A DNA stretch of 16,914 nucleotides from Octopus sinensis (Eukaryota), in contig NW_021825051.1 of NCBI RefSeq assembly GCF_006345805.1, positions 1-16,914 on the forward strand. The letters run 5' to 3'. Of this stretch, positions 1-10,923 are shown one piece after another. Under the pieces are notes generated by a model. The model made no database searches, had not been told where the DNA came from, and saw only the letters and a list, made by a program, of their open reading frames with translations. The first letter of the stretch is position 1. The number at the start of each line of letters is the position of its first letter. Made by a program: the position numbers and the translations under genes.

Positions 1-225
1 TGTGGTGTATGCACATACACACATATGCATGCATACATACATACATAAATAATACAATTATACATACATAGGTATGTAGGGGTATACACAACCATTTACA
101 GGCTAATTCAATAAGTTTGGTAGTGCAGTTACTCACACAACTGAACACTCCTGCTTGGAAATTCTAGGAAGAACCATTATTATTTACTTGATGTGTATAC
201 ATATGTATGTATACATATGTATATG

Positions 226-275
<50 letters not shown>

Positions 276-335
276 ATGTGTGTATTTATGTATATACATA
301 AAATACAGATAGATATATATATATATATTCGTACA
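1..335. repeat. Compound (TACA)n/(AT)n/(GTAT)n microsatellites
   Basis: Directly visible, interrupted by unique sequence at ~90-190. Confidence 0.9.
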
Positions 336-456
336 TACACCCATACATTTATATTTTCCAACCTTTCACCTTTTGACACTGTTCTTTCACACCACTCAGA
401 CAGAAACGAAACTCCTACACATTATCTCTCTATATTTTCTGTCATTATCAATGTCG

Positions 457-460
<4 letters not shown>

Positions 461-502
<42 letters not shown>

Positions 503-562
503 ATCTCTCTTCCAATCAATCATTCCTCTCCAGTCACACACACACACGCACACGCATACACA
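461..562. repeat. (CT)n and (CA)n microsatellites
   Basis: (CT)n at ~461-497 and (CA)n at ~535-562. Confidence 0.95.
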
Positions 563-767
563 CTTCTACAGCATATCTGCTGTAAGTACATGTCAACATA
601 GCTCAGCTGTACTTACAAAATATTCACATGTTCAGCTGCCACCTTTCTGTCATTCAATTAACACTTCTCTTTCCATCAAAGATCTTTCACTATTTCACAA
701 TTCCACCTCTTGTTACTTTTGTTACTTTGCTACTTGTTATGTACATGCTTATTTTGTTATATTGTTA

Positions 768-800
768 TATATATGTGTGTATATATATATATATATTAAC

Positions 801-832
<32 letters not shown>

Positions 833-844
833 ATATATATATAT

Positions 845-875
<31 letters not shown>

Positions 876-905
876 TGTGTACGTATATGTATATGTGTGT
901 GTGTC

Positions 906-960
<55 letters not shown>

Positions 961-989
961 ATATATACATATATACACATATATGATAT

Positions 990-1020
<31 letters not shown>

Positions 1021-1212
1021 CTATATATATATACATAACTGTAAATATATATATATATATGTGGTGTGTGTGCATGTATATGTGTGTTTTTGTGTGTATA
1101 TATATGTATATATACTTAGATATATATATATACATATATATATATATATGCATACATATGTATATACATGTACGTGTGAGGGTGTGAGGGTGTTTGTGTG
1201 TGTGTGTGTGCA
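768..1212. repeat. Compound (AT)n/(GT)n microsatellite field
   Basis: Directly visible. Confidence 0.95.
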
Positions 1213-1393
1213 CGTGAATCTTTGAATTTATCAATTTTTGCTTTATTCGATTTGTCTTCTCTTCTCAATTTGCGCAGATGAAGCAGGAGGAGGAGGAGGG
1301 GGATAAAGCTATGTTTTAGCTGTTTGTGTGTTTGACAACTTACAAAGAGACATGTAGCAGAAGGAGCACTAATCGGAACCAAACTACTACGAG

Positions 1394-1805
1394 ACACACA
1401 CACACACACACACACACACACCCCTACGTAATCCTCTTTCCATGGATTACTTATATAATGATAAATATATGTGTGCATATATATATATGTGTGTGTGTAT
1501 GTGCGTGTGTGCACTTGTGTGTGTTTTTGTGTGTGTGTACATAAGTCTGTATATATATATATATATATATATATTTATACACACTTATGCTCACACACAT
1601 GTATTTTTATCTTGTATATTTTTAGATATACTACTTCAAGTATGTGTAAATGTGTTCTTATATATATATACTGTGTGTGTATGTATATATAAACATATAT
1701 GTATATGTGTCTGTATATATAAATGTATATATATGCCTGTGTGCATACACGTGTGTGAGTATATATATATGAGTGCATGTGTGTTTGTGTGCATTTATAT
1801 TCATA
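1394..1805. repeat. Compound (CA)n/(GT)n/(AT)n microsatellite field
   Basis: Directly visible. Confidence 0.95.
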
Positions 1806-2109
1806 TGCAATTTTTTATATACTGTAACTTAAATGGCTTTTGGCAGCAACTCAAGTTTCATGTTCAAAGGGAAGACATTTTACTCACTTTGTGTTAAGCC
1901 AGCCTAGCTTGGTGCATACCATAAAATGCATTAGTTATTGTTGTTGTTATTATCACTGTTGCTGTTGCTGCTGCTGCTCTTTAACCCCAAATTAACCCTG
2001 ACCAATCAGACACTCTAATGAAGTATTCCAGCCTCATGAATCCAGACATTTCAGGTTGTGCATCCATCTAGAGAGTTTCATGTTTCAATAGCATTTTCTT
2101 ATTTTTCCT

Positions 2110-2190
2110 TTTGCATGGTTTCCACAAGTTGATGCCCTTCGTAATACCAACCCCTTTACAGAATTTACTGATGGCATTTTATCATGGTGT
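2110..2190 (-). mobile_element. Degenerate family B core fragment
   Basis: GGTTTCCACAAGTTGATGCCCTTCGTAATACCAACC resembles GTTTCTACAGCTGGATGCCCTTCCTAA..CCAAC. Confidence 0.5.
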
Positions 2191-2482
2191 CAGCATTAGA
2201 GGAGTTGTCATGTCCTCGCCAAGACAAAAGAGTTGTCTCAACACCATGTTATATCTATTTGTCCACAATTACTTTACCGTGAACTGGGTAGATTTTGTTG
2301 TGGCACCAGCATTGTGGGGCTGTTTTGTACACTGGCATTGCTGTGTGGTTAAGAAGCTGACTTTGAACAATGTGCTTTTTGGTTCAGCATAGCATATTGG
2401 ACAAGTATTTGCTACTGTAGTCCCAGGCTGACCAGTGCTTGGTGAATGAATTTGATAGACAGAAATTTTGCTGAATGCATCA

Positions 2483-2590
2483 TGTGTGTGTGTGTGCGCG
2501 TGTGTGTGTGTGTGTGTCTATGTGTGTGTGCATGTGTGTCTATGTGTCTGTGTAAGTGTGTTCGTATGTATGTATACGTGTGTTTGTGTT
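2483..2590. repeat. (GT)n microsatellite, imperfect
   Basis: Directly visible. Confidence 0.95.
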
Positions 2591-2649
2591 TGCCCACCTA
2601 CACCACCTGAAAACTGCTGTTTGTTTGGTTACATCCTTGTAACTTATAG

Positions 2650-2701
2650 GTTTGGCATAAGTGGTCGATAGAATATGTACCAGACTTTAAAAATAAAGAT
2701 G
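2650..2701 (+). CDS. Candidate internal coding exon (52 nt, VWHKWSIEYVPDFKNKD), product unknown
   Basis: Pyrimidine-rich acceptor ..CCTTGTAACTTATAG| and donor ATG|GTAGGA; only one of three frames is open. No protein family recognised. Confidence 0.4.
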
Positions 2702-2724
2702 GTAGGATCTCTTAAGTCATTTTA

Positions 2725-4025
2725 AAGACAAGTTTTGTGGTATCATTGTCCATTAAAGTAAGGAGTTGTTGTTGACTGAAATGTGTCCAAATATGGGTGA
2801 CTTATCTGGTGTCCCTTGAAGGAATGTGTCCAAGTTTCATTTGAAGGTGACTGGATCTTTTTCTTCTGTGAATTGTTTTGGGATGATGTTAAATAAAGCA
2901 GGGCCTGTTGAGGAAAAGAAGTTGAGTTGCAGTGAATTAATGCATTGTGATCCTGAATTGTATAGGGGATATGTCACATGACCCCAGCATTGGAAGAATT
3001 CTGATTCTGATGTTAAGGTCATTTTGGCAATGCTAGTGGTATATTTTCCACATAGAGCAAATGATGCAGCAGACACCGTGGTGCTGGAGAAAACAAAGAT
3101 ACAATGTTTTAAAGCAGTTCCAATAATCTAGATCTGTCCGGCCTTTTATTCTTTTAGTGAATGCTCTCTAGGGGTACTCAGTTCTCGTCATGTTTTGTCT
3201 GGTGTGGGAGACCAAATGGGACAGCAGTATATATGTTTGATCATACAAAGGAGAAGAAGAGGGGAATGATGGCATGTTGTTCTCTGGACCAGAAAGTTCT
3301 AAGGATCGACTTTATTGTTAATGTGAGCACTACAGCCAAGATTGGATGCTGTGAGTAGTTCCCCTGAAGAAGAGAACATGATTTCTTGAGCACATGCTTT
3401 TTCCCAAAGTTCATGAATTTGAATTTTCTCTTATTTAGCAACATGGTTTTGTCCACTCGTTGGCTTACAGAATATAAATTAGACTGGAGTTCAGTTCGGT
3501 CTTCTACACTGATAATTTTCTGGAGCTTGGAATCATTTGCGAATATTTGTTTATATAGATTATAAAGAGAAGTGGACCCAAAACAGTCCCCTGGTCGGGT
3601 ACACCACTGGTGACTCTTGCTGGGCTTGAGTGAATACTACAAAGCACATATTGTGTTCTGTTCACCAGGAAATACTTAATCCAGTGCAGCTGTTTACCAC
3701 AGATTCTAATATTTGACAACTTTGGCAGAAAGATATTGTGGTTGACTTTGTTGAATGCTTTGCTGAAGTCAAGATCTATGACATCAGAGTTCAAACCTAA
3801 CCCCCAAACTTTAAGGACATCATTGATACGATGCAAAAGCAGTGTTAGGCAGTCCCTGCTGCAGTGAAAGTTATGCTGGTTGGGATTTAGAAGGTTGTAG
3901 TTCTTCAGAAAGCCAGTTACTCTTGATCTCACAGACCCTTTCAAACACTTTGATGATATAAGAGGTGAGTGAGATTGGGCAATAGGGAACTGTAAGGGGC
4001 TTGTTTCCCTTTTTTAAGACCAGGA

Positions 4026-4027
<2 letters not shown>
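2725..4027 (-). mobile_element. Decayed, 5'-truncated CR1/L2-type (jockey-like) non-LTR retrotransposon fragment: RT domain plus C-terminal region
   Basis: Minus-strand frames give typical RT blocks: ILVLKKGNK..YCPISLTSYIIKVFERV (3871-4077 ORF); NQHNFHCSRDCLT..DVIDLDFSKAFNKVNH..RVTSGVPDQGTVLGPLLFIIYIN (3504-3944 ORF); after a frameshift, IFANDSKL (degenerate FADD, 3532-3543) ..ELQSNL..MLLNKRKF; then ILRTFWSRE, GPALFNIIPK..DPVTFK*NLDTFLQGTPDKSP..NNNSLL. It has several frameshifts and stops, and its 5' end abuts (CA)n at ~4028. Confidence 0.92.
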
Positions 4028-4072
<45 letters not shown>

Positions 4073-4183
4073 TGCATACACTATCGTGCAGAGAATTATG
4101 TACATTTCCCAGGGATTTAATGCACTCACACCCACCCTGTGAATAGTCAAAGACTTTAAACTTTTAATATATATGTGTGTATA

Positions 4184-4215
<32 letters not shown>

Positions 4216-4460
4216 AATTTCTCTTGCTATTTGTGTGGGTGTGCATTTGTACATATGTGTACATATGTATGTGAGTGTAAATGCATGCATATATGTATAT
4301 ATATATAGATAAGATGTTCACACACATATCAACAGCATCATCATTTAACATCCTCCTGCCATGCTTATATATGTATATATGTGTGTGTGTGTGTGTATGT
4401 GTGTGTGTATCTATACATATGCAAGCACATACACATATATACAAACATACATACGCACAT
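4028..4460. repeat. (CA)n followed by compound (AT)n/(GT)n microsatellites
   Basis: Directly visible, with short unique interruptions. Confidence 0.9.
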
Positions 4461-4916
4461 AACATTTCATTATCAGAGTTATTGCATTGCACCCCTGGGG
4501 GAAGGTAGTATCCACTCAGCATACTTGTCTCTATATCAGTTTTTGTCTAACTGGTAATCTTGTTCCACTCCTACTTCATGGTTGACTTGCAGGAGCATCT
4601 GCCTGTGAAAAAACCAACTGTTCCAACAACATGCATATTGTCTAAATTGGCAAAAGCTATCTTATCTATCTATCTATTCTGGCATAGACAAAATAAATAG
4701 TGTGAAGAAGAAAAATAAAGAATTAAAAGATGAAGGAAGCAAAAAGGAAGCTTTAATTGCTGGACAAGAATGGAAAAAGACAGGAGTTTCCACTCTGTAA
4801 ACCACATGAATATGCAAAAGATAATTACATGCCAACATGCCAATGATAGATTGTCTTCGTGTTCACTTCAACTGTTCGATATATTAATGTCTCTACAGAA
4901 TAAGTGCCTCCTGCAG

Positions 4917-4975
<59 letters not shown>

Positions 4976-5042
4976 ATATATATATATATACGTATATGTA
5001 TATGTATATATATATACATATATATATATATACACATATATA

Positions 5043-5088
<46 letters not shown>

Positions 5089-5329
5089 ATATATAATATA
5101 TGTTATATGTATATATAAGAATGTATTTCTTCTGGTTTGGGGTGAGTATGAAACAAATTTGATGTTATAACTTAACCCTTGGTATAGATAAGCATACACA
5201 TATGCATACATATACACAAACACAAAGACACATGCACATACACACTCACACGCGCATGCACACACACACACACACATCATGTATACATATATATCAATAT
5301 ATACATACATATACATATATACATACATC
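4917..5329. repeat. (AT)n and (CA)n/(TACA)n microsatellite field
   Basis: Directly visible. Confidence 0.95.
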
Positions 5330-5484
5330 TTTTACTTGCTTGAGTCATTAGACTACAGCCATGCTGGAGAACTGCCTTGAAGAATTCTTAGTCAAATGAA
5401 TCGATACCAGTACTTTTTTTTAAAACCTAGTACTTATTCTATTGGCCTCCATTGCTGAACTACTAAGTTACAGGGATGTAAACA
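5330..5484 (-). mobile_element. SINE family A, 3' body fragment
   Basis: Similar to 10660-10800: CAGCCATGCTGGAG..AATCGA..CCTAGTACTTATTCTATTGGCC..CTAAGTTACAGGGA. Confidence 0.85.
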
Positions 5485-5591
5485 TATACACTGGGAGAGA
5501 GGTGGAAATATTCAGGACTAAGAAACTGAACAATCAGGATTGCAAGTTAGAATTACATTAAGTATAGGCAAAGAAATAAGTGACCCAGGCT

Positions 5592-5622
<31 letters not shown>

Positions 5623-5790
5623 ATTTATGTATTTAAAATTGTCAGTGTGAAGAATTGACTATTGGTATAAATGTGGAAGTGACTGAGTAAATTTATGTAA
5701 CATCCTATGCAGCACAGGTATTAATTTTATACAGGTATTGAACCTCTTATCCGACAACCTTGGGAACAGAGGTGGTCCGATTTATTGAAT

Positions 5791-5841
5791 TTTTCCAGAT
5801 TTCTGAATTTTCCAGATTTCTGGATTTTCCAGATTTCTGGA
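5791..5841 (+). repeat. 17-bp tandem repeat x3, each unit an imperfect palindrome
   Basis: TTTTCCAGATTTCTGAA, TTTTCCAGATTTCTGGA, TTTTCCAGATTTCTGGA, with core TCCAGA-TT-TCTGGA. Confidence 0.9.
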
Positions 5842-5996
5842 CGTAGGTTAAATATATACCGAAAATATAAAATAAACAACAAAAAGTATAGAACAAAATT
5901 GTGCAACATATACAAATAGATACATTTCTAAAGCACCTTTATCGAGTTTCTTAAGTAACTCTGCTTTCTTCCCTATGCTGTGTGTTTTCTTTTCAG

Positions 5997-6034
5997 GTTT
6001 CCACCAACAAGCTACCATTGTGTTGGCCTTCTAG
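5997..6034 (+). CDS. Candidate terminal coding exon (GFHQQATIVLAF*), or a 43-nt internal exon 5997-6039
   Basis: Strong acceptor TGTGTTTTCTTTTCAG|G. It is phase-compatible with 2650-2701, giving ..KNKDGFHQQATIVLAF* followed by AATAAA at 6042-6047. Alternatively ATG|GTAATA at 6039/6040 is a donor. Confidence 0.3.
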
Positions 6035-6317
6035 ACATGGTAATAAATAAAAATTATAATAAATTATGATAAATAACTACTTAGCTGTAAGAGGAGGGCA
6101 TCCACATACCAGCAGTCACACAAGAACTGGCGATATGTGATGCATACATCACAGATACAAAAACAAAGCTGTGTGGGGAACTAGTAAAGGGCATGAAATT
6201 TAAAGCTAGCCAGTTGCAAAAATTGCTAGATTTCTGGTAATTCCAGATAAGAGGTTGGGGACCTGTATTATAAAAGTATGCTTTTAACCATGTCCTTAAG
6301 CAACTTGTATTGATTGA

Positions 6318-6660
6318 ATCATCATCATCATCATCATTGTTTAATGTCCGCTTTCCATGCCAACATGGGTTCAACAATTTGACTGAGGACTGGTGAACCA
6401 GATGGCTGCACCAGGCTCCAATCTGATCTGGCAGAGTTTCTACAGCTGGATGCCCTTCCTAACCCCAACGACTCCAAGAATGTAGTGGGTGCCTTTACAT
6501 GCCACCAGCATGAGGTCCAGTCAGGCGGTACTGGCAACGGCCACGGAAAAATCGTGTTTTTTTTTTTACATGTCACCTGCACACTGGCACAAGTGCCAGT
6601 AAGGCGACTCTGGTGACGATCCCCCTCGAATGGTGCCTTTTACGTGCCACCAGTACAAGT
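6318..6660 (-). mobile_element. SINE-like repeat family B (AGGAAGGGCATCCAGCTGTAGAAAC core, (GAT)n tail)
   Basis: Plus strand (CAT)n-TTTAATGTCCGCTTTCCATGC..GTTTCTACAGCTGGATGCCCTTCCTAA..TGCCACCAG. Near-identical blocks occur at 10121-10370 and, in opposite orientation, at 7145-7422. Confidence 0.85.
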
Positions 6661-7144
6661 GATTATAACTTTTAGAAGGAATGAGTATGACAGACTAACA
6701 ATGTAAGAACCTTGACACTTTGCCATGTTTAGTCTTATCCCCTTTAGAATTGTTCCAGTCAGATATATTCACCGACTGAAAGTAGAAAACGAAAGCAAAG
6801 TTGCTCAACTGCAAATTGAACCTATTCTGTAAACTTAGCAACCATGAAGCAAAATGAGATAATAGAAATGGCTTTATTGGATGCTTGTGATTTGATATGG
6901 CTGATTGAACATTCTACCTTTTTTGGCAACAGAATTTTTTTTTTTTGGTGTTAGAGGCAAACATCCATTTATACATGCAAATAGGATGAAGTGGTGAGAA
7001 AGGATCTTCAAACATTGGGTCACATGGAGTGGATGAAAAGGGGCTGAGGCTTCTGAGGGTTTGCTGTGCTTGAGAGAACAGGTCAAGTTATATAAAATCA
7101 TGGCTGTCTCTGCATACAGGAATGCCCCCTACATCTCTCTTTAG

Positions 7145-7386
7145 CTGGGTGGTCCTGATCTTGTAGGCTTGTGGATACTTGTGCCACGTTAAAAGCACTC
7201 ATGTCGGTGCCACATGAAAGTACCCATGCCAATGCCACATGAAAAGCACCCAGTACACTGTGTTGGCATTAGGAAGGACATCCAGCTGTGGAAACCATGT
7301 TGAAACAGATGATGGATTTCCTGCAGCTCTTCAGTTGGCTGGCCCCTGTCAAACCATTCAATCCACGTCAACATGGAAAACAGATG

Positions 7387-7422
<36 letters not shown>
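7145..7422 (+). mobile_element. SINE-like repeat family B
   Basis: Three ~25-bp TGCCAC..AAAAGCAC subunits (7182-7255), then GTTGGCATTAGGAAGGACATCCAGCTGTGGAAACC..CATGGAAAACAGATGTT and a (GAT)n tail. Confidence 0.8.
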
Positions 7423-7423
<1 letters not shown>

Positions 7424-7799
7424 GTGAAGAGGAGGAGGAGAAGACAGTAATATATGCATACAGATAGAGGGAGAGAAAAAAAGAGAGAGAGAAAGAATCA
7501 GAGACATTATATTTATTCATTGAACACAACATAAACATTTTCCCTCTCCTCAGATGCATAAAGTGAAATATGCTCCCACACATAAACTGAGAGAGAGAGA
7601 GAGAGGAAAAGAAAGAGTGTAAAAGAAGAGAAGGAAGGAAGGAGAGAACAAGAGAAACATTAAAATGTCTGATGACAAATAATGCCAAATAGGCAGCATG
7701 AAAAAAGCTTTGCCAAAACATCTGATATTCCACCCAAGGTGTTTACCAACCAGCTTGAGCATTCACGTATGAGTAAAGTGTTACATTTATCATAACTTG

Positions 7800-8130
7800 C
7801 TATTGTTGTTGTTCTTATTGCAGCCCTAGGTCAGCTTTGAGATTGAACCAATCTATGAGATAAAGGCATTTCTACCAAGCAAAGCATTATTTGGGGGCTT
7901 TGGGGGTGCTATTTCTAGTACATCAAGCAATCACTTAAAGGCTCCACTCTTGTTACTGTTTAGCACTAGATCGGCCCTGATAATAGGACAGACTTATGAT
8001 TGGAGACCTCCCCACCATGACCATCTCAGTGAGTTATTTTCTTTCCTTTTACAAGGCAGTAGAATGTGATATGAAGGAGATTTGGTTGCTATTTCTGGCA
8101 GTCCAAGCATCATCTAGATACTCGTTCCTT
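7800..8130 (+). repeat. Two degenerate copies of a third interspersed repeat beginning with (GTT)n (a similar relic at ~1938-2050)
   Basis: Weakly similar motifs: GCAGCCCTAGGTCAGCTTTGA..CTATGA..AAAGGCATT (7819), TTTAGCACTAGATCGGCCCTGA..CTTATGA (7960), TTTAACCCCAAATTAACCCTGA (1980). Confidence 0.35.
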
Positions 8131-8324
8131 TGATTGTGTCATGTCTAACAATAAAGTTAATCTTGTATCATTGTATTACTATGTAAACTTTGATGTATTA
8201 GCGTTGATTAGTGGACTTGATAATGTCATTAATCCGATGAGGAATTCTAATTAATCTGGTATCTTGGTGGATTTAAAGTTGTTGTGCTTGAAAGTGAAGC
8301 TTAGCAGGTGTGTGGGTAGGGTAG

Positions 8325-8660
8325 AGGAGGAAAGAAAGAGAAGAAGAAGAAGAAGAAGAAGAGAAGAAGAAGAATAGAGAAAGATGAGTATGTGTGTGTA
8401 TACATACATATGCATGCATATATATATAAATATACTCATATATATATATATGTATTATATATATATATATAAATATATATATATAATAATATATATATAC
8501 ATATATATACTTATATATATATGGTATATATATATAGATATATATATATATAATATGTGTGGGTGTGTGTGTATATATATATGTATGTGTGAGTGTGTGT
8601 GTGTGCAGAGAGAAAGAAAGAGAGAAAGAGAAAGAGAGAAGAGAGAGAAGGACAGGGAGA
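8325..8660. repeat. (AAG)n, (AT)n, (GT)n and (AG)n compound microsatellites
   Basis: Directly visible. Confidence 0.95.
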
Positions 8661-9094
8661 GAGGGAATGGCTTCTATGTTCTGCCTGCTTAGAAGATAGG
8701 TATGGTGTAACGTGGTGTGATGTAGCAGGGTGTTGTGGGTATTTACCTCTGTATCCTGTGCCAAATGAAGGGGTGGATTTGTTTGTGTGTCTTTGAAGAG
8801 ACAAATTGCTTAAGATTCTGAATTTCTGATTCAAGTTCTTACAGCAATCATCTGTTAAGTTTTTAACTACAAGTAGTGGGTAGGCGCATTAGACATGATA
8901 AAATCAGGTGGGTGGGGGTGAATATATATATATATAAAGAGAAAGAGAGAGGTAATGGTGTCAAGAAGACCCAAAGGTGTCAGGTAATGCTGAGTAAGTG
9001 TGCTATGGACAGACTATAGTTAAGCTCCAGGTTTGGTGATTATGCGAATGAGGAGTCCAACGTAGGTCATATATCAGCATGCGTATATATAAAA

Positions 9095-9615
9095 AAATTA
9101 ACAGAATGAGATAAAAATCCAAAACTGAGAAAGATTTCAGAACATTCATAAATAGAAGATCTTATAGCTATTTCCAGGATATTTTATAAATCCCTTCATC
9201 GGAGACAGTGCGAGAATATCATGAAGCAATAGTTATTATTAGAGAAGATATGAAATAGAGAGTGAAGTGGAGGAATGAAAACAGACGTGAGATATCCAGG
9301 GATATTGCATCTGCAGTTCCATTAGTGAAGCAGAATGGTATCCATATAGGTACAGGGAACTTATATGTATACCATTCTGCTTCAATAATGGAACTGCAAT
9401 TACAATGTCCCTGCATATCTCATGTCTGTTTTCATTCCTCCACTTCACCCTCTATTTCATATCTTCTCTAATAATAACCATTGCTTAACCATTTTCTCAC
9501 ACCGTCTCCAATGAAGGGATATAAAAAATATCCCGGAAACATCTGTAAGACCTTCTCTTTATAAATGTTCTGAAATCTTTCACAGTCTTGGATTTTTATC
9601 TCATTCTGTTAATTT
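9095..9615. repeat. 521-bp near-perfect palindrome (foldback/MITE-like element)
   Basis: Arms 9095-9351 and 9359-9615 (257 bp each) are reverse complements with 29 mismatches, no indels (~89% identity) and a 7-nt loop (ACAGGGA). Both ends sit in AT runs or (TA)n. This explains the mirror ORFs MKWRNENR... on both strands. Confidence 0.95.
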
Positions 9616-10120
9616 ATATATATATATTATATATATATATATATATATATGTACATATATATATGTATAATGTATGTATACATATATAAGGTAAGCCCCA
9701 TCCATAGAGGCTGCAAATGGAGCACTTTGTTGTGAACAAGAACAATTACCTCCCTTATCATAGATGATAGATCCACCATTGGTATATGGAGCGTGTGACC
9801 TTGTTAGGTAGTAGTTCATATTTGAGAATTATAAAAGGTTTTTTTTTATTTCAACAAGTCTCTTGCTTTGTGTACACAAACTCACACACACATGTACATA
9901 TGTATATATATATATATATATGTATGTATTTATTAATATTTAGCAGAAGCAACAGAGAGATTCAGGGATTAAGAGTTTTGTAATTTGGCACTTTGATAAG
10001 TACGAATACATGAAACCTCGGACATTGAGTCACTCTGTTGTTTCTGCCAAATATTAATGAAACTATACATATACTCATATTTTCAGTTCTATTTTTCATG
10101 TGTGCATCACCATACCTGTA

Positions 10121-10370
10121 CATCATCATTATCATCATCATCATCATCATATAACGTCCGTTTTCCATGCTAGCATGGGTTGGACGGTTCAACCAGGGTC
10201 TGGGAAGCCAGAATGCTGCCCCAGCCTCCAATCTGATTTGGCAGTGTTTCTACAGCTGGATGACCTTCCAAACGCCAACCACTCCGTGAGTGTAGTGGGG
10301 GCTTTTTACATGCCAGGCAAGGCTGGCAATGACCACAATCGGTTGATGCTTTTTATGTGCCACCGGCACG
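10121..10370 (-). mobile_element. SINE-like repeat family B
   Basis: (CAT)n-AACGTCCGTTTTCCATGCTAGCATGGG..GTTTCTACAGCTGGATGACCTTCC..TGTAGTGGG..TGCCACCGGCAC, collinear with 6318-6660. Confidence 0.85.
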
Positions 10371-10427
10371 AAAACCAAGGCAGAAAGATAGATATAGATA
10401 CGATGGAAGAAAGAAGAATCAACATAC

Positions 10428-10489
10428 TCTGAAAGAAAATTCAATGGTGTAACATAATCTGGGAAGGTAATCCACATCGAAAGACAATC
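10428..10489 (-). CDS. Candidate 62-nt exon (LSFDVDYLPRLCYTIEFSFR or DCLSMWITFPDYVTPLNFLS)
   Basis: Minus strand: TACTAATTCTTTAG| acceptor with a branch-point-like ACTAAT, and AGA|GTATGT donor. No homology recognised. Confidence 0.22.
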
Positions 10490-10649
10490 CTAAAGAATTA
10501 GTAATCCAAATTATTAGTTGGAAAGACATGGAAGATTTGTATGAGCATGCAATAATAGGCAAATTGATAATGAACAACAAATTCAAACACAAAACAACAG
10601 GAGTCCAAAGATCATTCACAGTGAATACTGTTACTTTTCCACTCTTTTT

Positions 10650-10892
10650 CTTTTATTCTTTTACTTATTGCAGTCCTTTGACTGCGGCCATGCTGGAGCA
10701 CCGCCTTTAGTCAAATCAAATCGACCCCAGGACTTATTCTTTGTAAGCCTAGTACTTATTTTATCGGCCTCTTTTGCTGTACTGCTAAGTTACAGGGACA
10801 TAAATGCACCACTATCGGTTGTCAAGCAATGATGGGGGAACAACTACAGATACACAACATATATTCACACATACATATATATATAATATATG

Positions 10893-10923
<31 letters not shown>

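Larger units (their letters stand above)
5732..6265. mobile_element. Probable non-autonomous Tc1/mariner-pogo (Tigger-like) DNA element, or two facing element ends
   Basis: Left end TA|CAGGTATTGAACCTCTTATCCG. Right end, reverse-complemented, TA|CAGGTCCCCAACCTCTTATCTG. Both are TA-flanked, and both subterminal regions carry an AGATTTCTGG motif. Confidence 0.6.

Noticed and set aside
581-617. 10-bp inverted repeat TGTAAGTACA..TGTACTTACA giving GTAAGT donor-like sites on both strands
   Set aside because: Short, with no supporting exon on either strand; plausible by chance in AT-rich DNA.
1283-1320. Acceptor TTGCGCAG| followed by MKQEEEEGDKAMF* or EAGGGGGG*
   Set aside because: A low-complexity (GGA)n run with early stops in all frames and no corroborating evidence.
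164-1897. Many ORFs rich in YI/CV/HT repeats (also at 4770-5328, 8251-8834, 11551-11952, 13489-13824, 16250-16884)
   Set aside because: They are translations of (AT)n, (GT)n, (CA)n and (CT)n microsatellites, which lack stop codons in some frames.
3504-3944. 146-aa RT ORF as an intact or domesticated gene
   Set aside because: Flanked by frameshifts and stops, the catalytic FADD is mutated, and there is no endonuclease domain or 5' region.
5791-5841. Short repeat arrays (17-mer x3, and the 25-mer x3 at 7182-7255) as possible CRISPR arrays
   Set aside because: Head-to-tail repeats without unique spacers, inside eukaryotic transposons, with no cas genes.
9239-9471. Paired 69-aa ORFs MKWRNENR... 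on both strands, resembling a paralog pair or sense/antisense system
   Set aside because: They are a direct consequence of the palindrome. No domain was recognised, and ORFs this short stay open by chance.
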